The notes below the pieces were generated by a model that was given only the letters and a program-made list of their open reading frames with translations, was not told where the DNA came from and did not search any database. Below, piece after piece: positions 12,921-28,790 of a stretch of 64,000 bases of DNA. Numbering within the stretch: position 1 is the stretch's first letter; each line of letters starts with the position of its first letter. Made by a program: the position numbers and the translations under genes. Source of the stretch: the human T2T-CHM13v2.0 reference genome, Homo sapiens; assembly GCF_009914755.1 (NCBI RefSeq), contig NC_060934.1; one strand, 5' to 3'.

Positions 12921-15900
12921 TAATAGTGTATCTTATAATATTTTGTGCCTGCAAAAGCCTTACCAGTTATTAACCAGAAAGTGAGTTAAGCATGTTCTGA
13001 AAATAACAAAAAATTGGGTCAAACTGTTCATCGAGAGTACCAAGTTTATTGATCACTTAGTACTTTTCTTTGTTTATAATCTTACTAAACTATGGTAACC
13101 ACAGTTACCACAGTTATCATGGTTTGGGGATATAAACCAAAAATGCCACATAGCTTCAGCAGGTCACATTCCATAAATTATAACCTCTTCATTTAGAGCT
13201 ACAATAACTTTTCAAGACATAGATGGTAAAATAAGATATAAAGAGAATCAATAAAAAAGTTAAAAAGCAGCGGACAATGTTAAAGTATAGAGGTTTTATT
13301 ATTTATTATTTTTCCTTTTGCATGTTTCTTTGTTTATGCAGTGTTAAGTTGTCTTCAGTTTAAAATAATGGGTTATAAGGTAGTATTGGCACACCTCATG
13401 GTAGCCTCCAATGAAAAAATATACAATGAATACACAAAACATAAAAAGCAAGAAACTAAATCATATAACCAGAAAAAAAAATCACCTTCACTGAAAGGAA
13501 GATGGGAAGGAAGGAAGGAAAGAAGGAAGAAAAGACCACAAACAACCAGAAAACAAATAACAAAATGGCAGGAGGAAGTCCTTGTTTATCAATAACATTG
13601 ATAACAACATTGAAGGTAAATGGACTAAATTATCCAATCAAAAGACATTGACTGGCTGAATGGATAAAAATAGGAAGACCCATTAATCTGTTGCCTACAA
13701 AAAACACACTTTACCTATAAAAATTAACATAGACTAAAAATAAAGGGATGGAAAAACATATTCTATGCCAATGGAAACCAAAAAAGAATAGAGTTAGCTA
13801 TATTTATATTAGACGAAATAGATTTCAAGACAAAAACTGTAAGAAGAGATTAAGAAGTTCATCATATAGTGATAAAGGGATCAATGAAGGAAGAAGATAC
13901 AAGGATTATAAGTATATATGCACCCAACACTGGAGCATCAAGATATATAAAGCAAATATTGTTAGAGTTAAAGAGAGAGACAGACTCCAATACAATAATA
14001 GCTGAAGACTTCAATACCCCATTTTCTATGTTCAACAGATTTCCTAAATAGAAAATCAACAAAGAAACATCAGACTTAAACTGCACTACAGAACAAAGCA
14101 ACCTAATAGATATTCACAGAACATTTCATCCAACAACTGCAGAATACACAATTTTCTCCTCAGTACATGGATGACTTCCAAGGACAGAGTATATGTTAGA
14201 TCACAAATATTCAAAAAATTTAAATAATATCAAGCATCTTCCCAGACCACAAAGGAATAAAACTAAAAGTCAAAACAAGATAAATTTTGGAAAGCATAGA
14301 AACACGTAAAAATTAAACAATATGCTCCTGAATAAATTAAGAAGGAAACTGAAAATTTTCTTAAAGCAAATGAAAATGGAAACATAATATACAAAAATCT
14401 ATGGGATACAGGAAAAGCAGTAATAAGAGACAAATTTATAGCTATAAGTGCCTACATTAATAAACAAGAAAAACTTCAAATAAATAAATAATGATGCATC
14501 TTCAATAACTAGAAAAGCAAGGGCAAATCAAACCAAAAAATACTAGAAGAAAAGAAAAAAATAAAGATTAGGGCAGAAATAAATGAACTTGAAATTAAGA
14601 AAAACAATACAAGAGATCAATTAAACAAAAGTTGGTTTTTCATAATGACAAAACAAAAATCACAAATTTTTAGCCAGGCTAACTAAGAAAAAAAGAAAGA
14701 AGATCCAAATAAACAAAATCAGGGATGAAAAAGGAGACATTGCAACTGATCCTGCAGAAATTCAAAGGATCCTTAGTGACCACTATGAATGACTATATTT
14801 CAGTAAGTTGGAAAATATAGAAGAAATTAATAGTTCCTAGACACATACAATCTACCAAGGTTGAACCACGAAGAAATGCAAAATCTGAACAGACTAATAA
14901 CAAATAATAAGACTGATGTATAATAAAATGTCTTCCATTAAAGAAAAGCCCAGGACTTAATGGTTTCATTGCTGAATTCTGCCAAACATTTAAAGAAGAA
15001 CTAATAACTCTCCTACTCAAACTGTTCTGAAAAGTAGAGAAACAGGGACTACTTCCAAACCCATTCTACAAAACCAGTATTACCCTGATACCCAAACCAC
15101 TTAAAGATGCATGAAGAAACAGAAAACCACAGGCCAATATCACTGATAAGTGTTGATGCAAAAATCCTCAACAAAATACCAGCAAACCGAATTCAACAAT
15201 ATATTTAAAAGATCAGAAATAGAAAAACCAATCCTAAAATTTATATGAAATCACAAAAGATCCAGAATAACCAAAACCATCCTGAGCAAAAAGAATGAAA
15301 CTGGAGGAATCATATTACCTAACTTCAAATTGTACTGCAGAGTGATAGTGATCAAAACAGTGTGGTACTGGCATTTAAAAAGACACATAAACCAATGGAA
15401 TGGAATAGAGAATCCAGAAACAAATCCACCCACCTACAGTGACATCATTTTTGACAAATGTGCCAAGAACATAATTTGGGGAAAAGACAGTCTCTTCAAT
15501 AAACAGTGCTGGGAAAACTGGGTGTCCATATGCAGAAGAATGAAACTTGACCCTTATCTTTCACCTTATACAAAAATCAAAATGGACTATAGACTTAAAT
15601 CTAAGATTTCAAACTACAAAACGACTATAAGAAAAGACTGGGGAAACTCTCCAGGACATTGGTCTAGGCAAAAATTTATTGAGTCATACGCCACAAGCAT
15701 AGGCAACTAACAAATGCTGATGGGGATGCGAAGAAAAGGGAACTCTTGTATACTGTTGATAAGAATATAAATTAGTACAACCACTCTGGAAAACAGTTTG
15801 GAGGTTGCTCAAACAACTAAAAATGGAGCTACCATCCAACCCAGCAATCCCATTGCTGGGTATGTATCCAAAAGAAAGGAAATCAGTATATCAAAGAGAT

Positions 15901-16003
15901 ATCTGCACTCCCACACTTGTTGCAGCACTGTTCACAATAGCCAAGATTTGGAAGCCACTTAAGTGTTCATCAACAGATGAATGGATAAAGAAAATGCAGT
16001 ACT

Positions 16004-16432
16004 ATAACTCTGTTATTGTTCCTCCGCTGTCCAGAAATCTACAATGGCTCTCTACATGTTAGAATAAAACCTGTAATCTTTGGCTTGGATTTCAAGTCCT
16101 CTATGTTTTCCCACTTTCCTCACCTCATCTTCCTTTTTACAGCCTTATCTCACTCGTCTAGTGACATCTCACATCCAGATAGTGAACTACTCTGTCCTTC
16201 AACACGTTTCCATCTTTCAACCTCTGCCTTTGCAAAAAAATATAGTCATTATCCTACCTTGTTTGTCTCCATGAACTCTTTTACATCTTTTAACATAGTG
16301 GCCTTCAAATGGTTTTTATTTTGTTTTACTGAGACTCACTGTAAGAAATATATTTTACATTGTAACCCAACACACATACACAGAAATTAAAAAAAAACAG
16401 AATTTTCATTAAAGCACATCCTTGCCCCCCAA
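16004..16432. other. Captured segment (L2 fragment + truncated hAT MITE) inside L1, flanked by 13-bp direct repeat
   Basis: aaaatgcagtact at 15991-16003 and 16433-16445; L1 sequence is continuous across the removed insert. Confidence 0.8.
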
Positions 16433-16736
16433 AAAATGCAGTACTTATACACAATTGGGGTACTATCCAGCTATAAAAGAGAATGAGGTCCTGCCGTTTA
16501 CAACAACATGGATGGAATTGGGGGACATTATGTTAAGTGAAATAAGCCAGGCATGGAAAGACAAATATCACATGTTCTCACTTATTTGTAGAATCTAAAA
16601 ATCAAAAGAATTGAATACATGAAGATAGGGAGTGGAATGATGGTTATCAGAGGCTGGGAATGATAGTGATGGGTTGGGGGCAGACAGACGTAAATGGTTA
16701 ATAAGTACAAAAAAAATTGTTAGAAAGAATGAATAA

Positions 16737-17088
<352 letters not shown>

Positions 17089-19710
17089 TTAATAATAATT
17101 TAATTGTACATTTAAAAATAACTAAAATAGTGTAATTGGATTGTTTGTAACACAAAGGATAAATGCTTACGGGGATGAGGGGGAAAAAAAGAAAATACAC
17201 TACTTAAATTAACAAATCTACTATGGACTTTGAAGTTTTGCAACACCTAATTAGTTTATAAACATAAAAGGCAGATCAATGTTATAATTCCTGCTAGTTT
17301 ACATCTTCAATTTTATTATAATTTAATTATTAATGAAGACTATTTGCAACACTTATCTTATTTGATCTATCTCAACATAGGTCTAACAAATGCATGGCAA
17401 TTTAATGTTCAATACAAAAATAAATGAATTTAGAATAAATCCCACTATAATTTTATGTTTAAAAATATGTTGCAAAATACACTATAGGGAGAAAAAGCAT
17501 GGGAACAAAGATTACCAGACCTCTCTGAAAATTAATCATCATGTAAAATTTGTCATTGGAACACTTACACGGAAAAAAATAGATGAAGGTTTGTCCCTTT
17601 TCACCCACAAAGCCAATTCTGTGCCTTCTTGCTTCTTTCTCACCAAAGAATAATGTCTTTTTGTACTTACCACAGTGGTCCCTTTTGGCAAATGAATATT
17701 TTTATTATACTAGCATTTGGAACTTTAACAAAGAAAGACAGATAGAGATATCCACCCACAACATTAAGGTTTTGCTTTTCTCATTCATTTACATCAAAAA
17801 AAGAGTTACAATATTTAACCAAAGTTAATACTCAGAAATGTTTAGATTGGACACTACTGCCACATTAAAAAATTCATATTAAGTCAAGCTCTATTTTTTC
17901 TTAATGTATATAGCACATTGGAAGTTTATCACAACAAAATCATTACAAAACTTTACCATCTTTATCTATGCTTCTAACTGAAGCTACATCAAACAAATAC
18001 AATCTCCCCAGCCCTCTACATGCACATTTCCTTCTCTGTTTTAATATGGAATCTGATGCTGGATTTTTGCCAAAAAGGCTTATGAGAGAGATAAACATTT
18101 ACCCTTAGTCATAATACCTATTATAACTCTATGGTAGAAATTTAGAGCAGAGTTTAGATGCAAAAAAATATACTTTTTTTTCTAGTTTTTAAAGCCTACA
18201 TTTCCCCCCCAATTTGAAAACCAGCTTTTTAAATCTTTTAATCTTCTTCTGACCATTGGTCTTATAAAGGGGATCTCCAAAATTTACTGTTTCATAAGAA
18301 GCAAAATTGTTTGCAAAGCAGAATTTTTGGATAGAAAATTAATATCAACCTTCCAACATAAAATTTTTAAATCAAATACTAAGATATTAATTTGCATATT
18401 GTTTATCAGCATTTGTAGAAATGATACCGTAAATAAATTGATCAAAATATGGTGCTAAATTTAATGGTTGATGTTATAGAAAAAAATCTATGTGCATTTA
18501 ATGATTGATATTTCCTATTGTCTATAGATTGGATGGCTCTCTGTCATTAACAAGTAGGTAAAACAGTTCAACTGGGTCTGTGTTTTAACTCACTAAACTA
18601 AATCTAATTCATGGCTGTGGTTTAGATAAAGTAACAGATTTCTTATAAAGAATACTCTTCAGAATTATTTTACAATTGTTCTTATCAATAATAAAATTTA
18701 TTTCCACAGAATGAAAAGCCTTTGAAATGAATTATCTTTCACTGGGGAAGTCCCTACGTGAGATACAGGACACTAAGGACTCACAGGTAACTTCATAATG
18801 TGGAAGTTCATTTCTTTAAAAAGAAAGGACGAGAAAAACAAAGGCAGTCTTTACTCACAAACACATCAGATACCAGGCATAGAAATGATGTTGGAAACTT
18901 TTTACATTTAAAAAATACGTGCAAAGTTGAAATGTGGCACTACTAGAATATTTCTTTCAATTATTTCTCCTTTTAAAAAATACAGAATTTACACACCATA
19001 ACAAGTTCCTACAGCTTCTGTTACCCCAGAAATAAGGGTCAGAGATTTTGTTTCATATGAGTGGATCCCATGTCAAGTGTTAATGCCTCAGATAGTAGGT
19101 CACATATGATATCTATAGCCATTAATTGAGGAGTTAAACCAGCCTATTTTGTATGTCAGATTTTCAATCCTGATTATCTAGCATTTACAAATTCAGATGT
19201 ACTCTATTACACTGAAGCTATGAAATGCTTTTTCTTAACTTCCTAAAAAGGGTTAAAGGACACTCATCTAAGAAACAACTTACTCTCTATTTGTGATTAT
19301 TCTCCTCTTAGTCACGATGATTCAAATGATTAATTCCACATGCTGTTTTCAGAAGTAAAAATAACTCTATGAATATAAAAAAAAAAGTCTATTATCAAAT
19401 ACTACTCTGATTTTGGTCCAGTGTGTTTATGTATCCTCGCCCCCAGTTAGCTTCTCTGTACAGTATTAATACTGTTGCCTAAATAGGACAGTACTATATT
19501 ATTTTAATAGACTATTGCCCTCTCCCCTTTTTGGCATTTTTTTGAGAATAGTTTGGAAAAGACTATCATCTTGTGCTACAGGCTGTCGCTCCACAAAACA
19601 TCACCAAAAGCACAAGAATTGACTAAGCAAGTATTTAAGTATTTAGCACCAAAGACATTACCTAGACATTTTGGGAAGGAGGATGCAGCAAAGACATTGG
19701 AGTGTTTCTT

Positions 19711-20028
19711 TTTCTTTTTCTTTCTTTCTTTTTTTTTTTTTTTTTTTTGAGATGTAGTCTTGCTCTGTTCCCCAGGCTGGAGTGCAGTGGCACGATCTCG
19801 GCTCACTGCAAACTCTGCTTCCCAGGTCACACCATTCTCCTGCCTCAGCCTCCCGAGTAGCTGGGACTACAGGCGCCCGCCAACACACCCGGCTAATTTC
19901 TTGTATTTTTAGTAGGGATGTGGTTTCACCCTGTTAGCCAGGATGGTCTCCATCTCCTGACCTCGTGATCCACCCTCCTTGGCCTCCCAAAGTGCTGGGA
20001 TTGCAGGTGTGAGTCACTGCACCCAGCT
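19711..20028 (-). mobile_element. Alu, AluY-like
   Basis: Full dimer; 18-bp TSD gacattggag(tg/ca)tttctt at 19693-19710 and 20029-20046. Confidence 0.93.
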
Positions 20029-20319
20029 GACATTGGAGCATTTCTTAGCTTTCCCCTGAGTTAATAATGAGTCAGTTGGGGAATATTGTACCAACTCGTG
20101 CTATTTCTTTGGGACATTTTCCATTCAGGAGAACTGTAAAGCAACAGAATAAAAATAGCAACTAAAATGATGGCCACAGGTGATTTAGATGGTGATAGAG
20201 GGTAATCCGAGTGGCCTAGACCTGAAAAATAGACATAGGTTTTAGGGAGCCTCTGGATTTTTTTTTTCTTTTCTTTTTTTCCTTTTTCGCACAATTGTAT
20301 TTGTGTATCAGAAAGACTG

Positions 20320-21700
<1,381 letters not shown>

Positions 21701-23834
21701 GGGGGGGGAGGCAGATTTTAGGAGAGTTTCCTTAATTATAGTTTTTATATTCTCTTTGAGATTGTTCATCCTCAATAATGGGGAGGGGTTTGGAGCATTT
21801 CTAACACAAGGGAAGATCGCTGGCTAAGAGGAAGAGGGGTAGATGGTTAGGTCCTTTGAGGAGGAGAGGTCTGGGTTGTCATCAGTGATAGGGAAAATGG
21901 CAGTTATCGAGGCAGGACATAAAACAAAACTGTTGAGCTCTAGCATGACCTTCCCCCAAACGCCATGCCTCATTGATTAGCGGTGGCACAAATTGGAAGG
22001 CTGAGTGATTTCCTTGAAAAAGGGTCAGCTGTTTAAAGGTGGGAATAGAAATCACAGATAGTTTGATTTACCCATAGTTAGAGGATTGCATAAAATATAA
22101 AAAGATAAGGAGAAAAGGAATCAAGCACTTAAAAATAAAGCGGGAATCGAGATATTGGAGCTATATACTAGGGACTTGATCATAAGAGCAAGGAAAAGTC
22201 CATTTTCTACTGTTTTTGCACAGAAACAAAATAGGTCTAGGAGGGTTAATTCATTGATTACTCCTCTAAGAAGCTAAATAATAACAACTAAAGTATCCTC
22301 TGGATGTTACAGGATAGCTCTTAGAAACTGTCAGAATTAAATATACAGGCAGAAATTGTCTCTTCAGTAATGTTTTAACTCTGAGGAAGCTGGAACCAGG
22401 GTAAGTCCTCTGACTTAGAGTTCAGAGAATTAATTACATCAGAAAACAAGCAAATAAAACAGAGATATGATAATAGAAATGCTTGTTATTTTGACTATTA
22501 TTAAAGGTATTTGACTATTATTAATGTTATTTGTGAGCATCTCTTATCATTGCAATTAATTTCTGAAGGCAGATTTTTGCCTGATTCATTTTGGAAATGT
22601 AAATTGTACAAAAATGGCTCACAAAATAAATGTCTTATAAAAATGTTCAACAAACTATTCTTCAAATAAATAATTAATGACTCATTCATTTATTAAAGTA
22701 ATAGGAGCCACGAAATATGTTCAATGAAATATTCCTGAATGTTGTTGATTATCCATCAAGACATTCTTGAACAAATACAGGCATAAATGAATGAAGAAAT
22801 ATTTGGCATATGCATCATTTATAAGCTATTCAGTTCTTCTAGAATTAGAACTACTTGTTATTTGTTTGCTTTCTTTTAAAACCAGATAATAAATTATATG
22901 TGTATTTTCCAAGTTTGATTATCATGACACTTTTGGATAAAAAATTATAATAAACATATTTTTACACGGAACACACATATATCAGGCAATTACTAAACTG
23001 GACATTGCCATTTCCCAAAGAAACAACAGTGCTATGCTTCTCTGAATACAGGTGTACTTAATAGGAACAGACTAGAGACCTTACTGATTTATAAAGAATA
23101 ATTAACTTTGACATCTAAGCATTGGTTAGATTATGAAAGTTAATCTCTATTTTTTATGATTTAGAATGTAGTTATGTATGGTGGGTGGTACAGGTAGCTC
23201 CTCGCAAATAATATTCCAGGCTAGTTAGATAAATTTAGAGAATCAAAGGATGTAGATTAAAATGTGTATATTGACACAATTATCCTCACAGGATACTGCT
23301 GAGGGAAGAGGCACTTCTCCAGGAAGCCCTCTGGAAAGTTAATGGATCCAATCTTCTGGATTCTAATTCATTAGGTAAAAATATTTAGGACAAGGAGAGT
23401 AAAACGAAGGACTGAGTGCTTAGCATGAACTCTTTGCATTTTCTTTAATAGTATTGTACTCAGAACTTCAGGAAAAGCCTGCTTTCCCAGGATTGCATGG
23501 TTTAAACAGCTAATCACAATCCTTTTTAAAGTGTTATTTGATGATCTTTTAAAAAATTATTTACTTGACTTTACTTTTGTATTTTATACAGTTGACAATA
23601 TTATGCTTCTCACCATTGTTAGATTCTGTAATACTGTGGGGTGGTGGGGGTGTGTGTGTTTACTGTGCCAAGCACAATATTGTCACTATGGATATATTTT
23701 ATTACGTCCATTGATATTTTATTTATGTCATGGAGTTGTGATCTGTTATAATAGATCTGTGAAGCCACATCCCTGAAGAGAGAATCTGGGACCAAGAGAG
23801 AGGTCTGGTATACCAATTACATATCACACTATCT

Positions 23835-24092
23835 CTCTTATTTTATTGTATTGTATTTTAAATTCTGGGGTACATGTGCAGTATGTGCAGGTGTCTTTCA
23901 TAGGTAAACGTGTGCCATGGTGACTTGCTGCACCTATCAACCCATCACCTATGTATTAAGCCCAGCATGCATTAGCTATTTTTCTGGATGTTCTACCTAC
24001 CTTCACCCCCACCAACAGGCCCCAGTGTGTGTTGTTCTCCTCCCTTTGTCTATGTGTTCACATTGTTCAGTTCCCACTTATAAGTGAGAACA
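23835..24092 (-). mobile_element. L1PA 3' end, 5'-truncated
   Basis: ttctggggtacatgtgcag...ccatcacctatgtattaagcccagcatgcattagct...cccacttataagtgagaaca. Confidence 0.9.
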
Positions 24093-24399
24093 CCATCTCT
24101 TTTTTACCCTACTTTCTCAATTCATGAACTTGTCTCCTTCATCATAAAAAAAAAAAACTAAAAGCAATATCACCTGAATTTTACCAATAACCCTCAATTC
24201 TGTCTCCATTTGCATGCTGTTTGTGGTGGTGTGCTCCCTCGATTAGTCTTTCTCTCTCCTGGATCACATGCTTCTTCTTTTCTCCTAAATTTTTCTCATT
24301 CCTAAGCCAAAAATACTCCACCTTGAAAACAAGGAAACGCCAATACCAAACTAAAATACTAAGCCTTCCTAGCTCCAAAGTCCCTTCAGGAAATTTTCT

Positions 24400-25400
24400 T
24401 TCTTCTTTTCTCTTCGGAGATGAACTTCTTGAACCCTTAATGCACGCTGGCTCCATGCATCTATCTTGCACACCCTGTTCTTTTACTTCAGCATGCAATG
24501 GCTGTCATAGCTCCACTGAAACTGTTCTCATAATGACTCCTAAATGTCTATGTGCGGTACGGACTTCTCTTCTGAATTTCGAATTCAATTATCTAATTGC
24601 TCACCTATCATCTAAATAATGTAGTATAAGGAGAGGTGGTATAAACGAAGTATTTAAAGATAAGGAGACAGAGTAAGCAAGTAAAATTATACCTTTGCCA
24701 TTTCTTAGTTATGTGGATTTGATTGTTTTTACTTAATATTTTTGGGCTTCGGTTGTCTCATATATACAATGGAGATAGTAATAGTAGCAAAGTTATTGTC
24801 ATAATAAAATATTTTAATTCAAAGTGATTAAAACTCTCACTGGCACACAGTGAAAAACATGATGAATATTAACTATTCTTTTTTTATTATCCATAGGCAT
24901 GTCCAGTTAGCATGTCCAAAACCCAGTGCTTGATTTTTAGTCTTCGGATATTTGCAGCCACTCAATATCTCCCTCCTCTTAGTAAGTGGTTCATACCATC
25001 CACCCAGGAGGTCAATCTAAAATCTAGGCTTCCCCTTTATATTATCTTGTTCCCTCCTCTCCTCTATCTAAAGGTCATTCCAGGGTACTGTCTTATATCC
25101 CTACTTTTTCCTGCTCTGTCTTATATCCCTACTTCTTCCTGACACGTTTTCCAGCAAGCCATCATCTGTGGACTGGCCATTTAGCTTCCAAACCTATCTC
25201 ATTCCAATTAATTCTCCCCATTGCATGAAGGGTAATTTTATGAGAATGTAAAATGCCTCCTCCTAGCTGAAAACCTAGAATGTGGTTCCATTGCACATAG
25301 GACAAAATCAATTCCCTAGCCAAGGACTATGAAATCAGTAGCTCCTGGCCTCAAGCTTCCACTATTCCAGGCCAGTTTTGCTCTCCATCACCATACCCTC
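24400..25400. mobile_element. L2 relic with an internal MIR (~24630-24880)
   Basis: L2 motifs ctccactgaaactgttctc, catgtccaaaacccag, ctagctgaaaacctagaatgtggttccattgc; MIR-like tttgccatttcttagttatgtg...atacaatggagatagtaatagta. Confidence 0.55.
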
Positions 25401-28400
25401 ATCAGTTGACTTTCAGGATGGCCTCCACCTGCACTGGCAGACTCCAAATTCCAAATGCCCCGGAGGTAACAACAGAAACACTTTCCCCAATGTCTGTACA
25501 CACAGAGATGAGGCATCTGGAAATTCCTTGACAATGCTTCAGTCAGGACATTTTCTTCTTAGTTTTATGACCTGAGAGATCTGTCAGTGAAGTATGCCCC
25601 TGATGTCCCTTGGGTTTTTTAAACCTCTTAATATGATTATGAATTCTTATAGAACTCAGCAAGCATTTTGCCATGAACACTTTGGCCTTAAGACTTTAAA
25701 TTTGTTTTTCTATGACCTCTTAACCCAAGCCATCTGTTTCATGTTTATTTGTCCAAAGTAAGATGATGCTTCTTCAATAATCACTTTATTTTCTCAGTTT
25801 TGCATCTTTCATCTCCTCTTTCTGCCCCATTAAAAATACATTATAAAAATGAAAAATTGATATTTTATTTATGTCCATTAAAAAAAATGTTGAATGCCAA
25901 TGTCCATTGCATTTTCCTTCGGCACGATTGGCTTGAAATGTTTTGCTAATGTGTTGGATGTTATGGGCAACCCTCCTCACTTCATGCCCACATAGAACTT
26001 CTAATCCAAATCCCCTATATATGTAGGGTGTAAGGTTCACTTAATGGCTGGGTTTACATTGCTTCTCAATACTTTCCTTTGGGAATAGTATTTTTCTGAA
26101 ACCACATCTCTAACCTTCACATTCCCAGTGAAAAATAACAGATGCCATGTGATATTCATGTCATTGGAGAAAGGGAGAGAGCACAAGGATAAATGCTCAA
26201 GGATATCGATTTAATTTTTCCAGCCATACTTGTTCCACCCCCTCCTTATCTCTGATAGAATGCTATTCTTCCAGTAATGCCTTAAAAGCTTTAAAAATTG
26301 CCACCCATTTAAACAGAACAATTCCAACTACAACCAGGACTAGTAGGTAGAAATGTCCTCTGTGTGTGGATGAAGTCCTTTTATAGAAAAAATGCTTGAA
26401 AATGGTTCTAGTATACCATAAATCAAAAGCTACACATGTGACTACAAATAAATATTCCTCGTGGATATTTTATTTGCCTTGACATTGCCTATCAGTTGCT
26501 TGTGCATACTTTCTTAGGATCTTGCATCAAGAAAATGTTATTTGGTGTGGCTATCCTTTACAACACCTTGTGAATTAATTTAGGCAACATGCAACATAAC
26601 ATGAAAGAAATTACATCTCATTAGAACTTCAGTCCATTTAGGACCATGAACAGGTACAAGATTCATAAACAAAATATTCTCCATACCCCAAACTTATTTT
26701 TAGGATACAGGTTCATGTCTAAAGCTAACTGTGTTGTAGCTAAATTGGTGATTTTATATTCAGGAATCTGATACGTTAAATAAATTGATTTTGGATTAGG
26801 ACATGCATGTATGAAGACTAATTGACCATACATTGCTAGATTACCACAGAAACATGGCATCTGCTTGAAAAGTCATCAATTAAGAAAATTCAAGAAGTCT
26901 TAATGCTTTAATCTGTTCTATGGTCACTTTTCTTTTAAAGGGCTTATGTATATCAGTATTTAATTAAAGAACTAATTTGCTCACATAGAGACTTGACCAT
27001 ATTAGTTATATCCTCTCAAGCTAGAAACCATAGAGGAGTATTTTCCCCCTGCTGGATGGGTTTAGGTTTGGTTTAACTTCAGCATACAGTTCCACGCACA
27101 AATTCCTGCCTCTTATGAATTGACCAGCCTGGGAAACTTAACAAAATATTATTAACCTTTGCATAAAGTACTTTTTCTATATTTTTAACCTCCTAAATCA
27201 TAACATCTCAAAATAGGAAGGAAACGGAAGTTCACAGAACAGCTTCAGGGAACAGAGCAGAATCACTGAAAAGAAAGAATACAGACTCACTAAGTTCAGA
27301 TGGACACAGTGGAAGGCTTGGAGACCCTGGAATAGCAGCCCATATATTTCTAGACACCATTTTCCCCAATAGCTTGGCTGGGAGAAAGCTGTAGCCAGAA
27401 AAATAAGAGAAGATTATAAACTCTCTTCCTGAAATGAACTTGACTTCTGGGAGAAATAGCTAAAACTTTTCACAAAATTCAAAGGGGATTGTCTATAGGG
27501 GCACCCAAAGGGAGACCTTTGTGCTCACAGAGGACAAGCCTCTCTCTAGGAGTGATTTTGTATTATTGAAGAGAATGCTTTCTCTGCTTTTCACTCCCAG
27601 GCCCCTAATTTGTTATTCAAGATCCAGTATCTTGTTGATATGTGGGTTTGAGGTAAGTTTCCCAGAGCCTTGGTCACACAGCAGCATCGTATTACCACAC
27701 CAGAGATAAGGATCATTCCAAGTCTGTGTGTCAGCTTCTATGGTTCTGTTATCTTTCTAACTATGGAAAGGTGTGTTAGAGCCACACAAATAACAGTCAA
27801 TGAGAACAAAAGTCATAGTGTTAGGAATTTGCCAACTCTAAGGATTGCTCAAGTGGAATAAGCATGTTCAAGTGGAATATGCTTTGTATACAAAGCAAAC
27901 AAGAATAGTCCTATTAAATATCTCTGTACAGCTTAATAAAAAGATGAAAAATGTAGGGTGATACATTTGGGGGAAAGGTATTAGAAGTTTTCAGAGTTTC
28001 ACTTCATTTTCTAATAGAAGAATGAAGATTTTGAATTCCATTTTTATAAAGATCAGTTTTTGACCTAGGGCGAATGATATAAATCTTCATTGCTTTGGGA
28101 CTTCTATTTCTCAATTAGACTTTATAAGGACTTAGACATTGAAATAATGACTTATGTTAAATCTTCAGCAAATGCATAGCAAATGTTGCATAAACTACTG
28201 TGTCCAATAGTATAGGGACTGGCTGTCAGAATTTATAAAGTAAGCTGTTAATAAGCCAATAATTTTCTTGTCTGATTGACATGTCCATCATAATTCAGTT
28301 ATCTAAGGAAACAGACCACGTGGGATGCATAATCTCACTGACAAAGAGGAGGAGTTGGGGGCTAAGCATAGCACACAGGTTTCCCTTTGACTCTCTACTT

Positions 28401-28624
28401 GACCTTATATTTAATAGAAAGGGCTTTAAACCAACATAGTTGTGAAACATATTGCTGCTGCCTACCAACACGGAGATAAAGGAAGTTTATATGAATCAAT
28501 GGATTGTTTTATCCTGATTAATATGATTATTAAAACATTATCAAATGGACATTCAGTAGTAATAGCAAACCCATGCAGCAATAGCTATTTCCTTTGGGCT
28601 TTCAGCAAGTATTTAATATTTAAT

Positions 28625-28790
28625 ATCCCTGCTGTAGTGCTTATCACAATTTATTATCACTATTTCATTGTGCATACTCTCTACCCAAGGAGAGGTCCTT
28701 GAGGTCAGGGACATATCCCTTTTGGTAGTCCTGTCATCTGACACAGTATCTAGTATGCAGTAATTGCTCATTTAACATTGAATGAAAGAA
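28625..28790. mobile_element. L2 3' end
   Basis: tccttgaggtcagggacatatc...acacagtatctagtatgcagtaattgctca...ttgaatgaa. Confidence 0.7.

Noticed and set aside
13341-16062. ORFs with endonuclease/RT-adjacent similarity
   Set aside because: Fragments of a dead L1 ORF2 with stops, frameshifts and deletion of the RT core.
19460-19475. Perfect 16-bp palindrome acagtattaatactgt
   Set aside because: About one such palindrome is expected by chance in 64 kb of AT-rich sequence.
24221-24619. 132-aa ORF
   Set aside because: Overlaps a decayed L2 region; non-ATG start; no recognisable domain.
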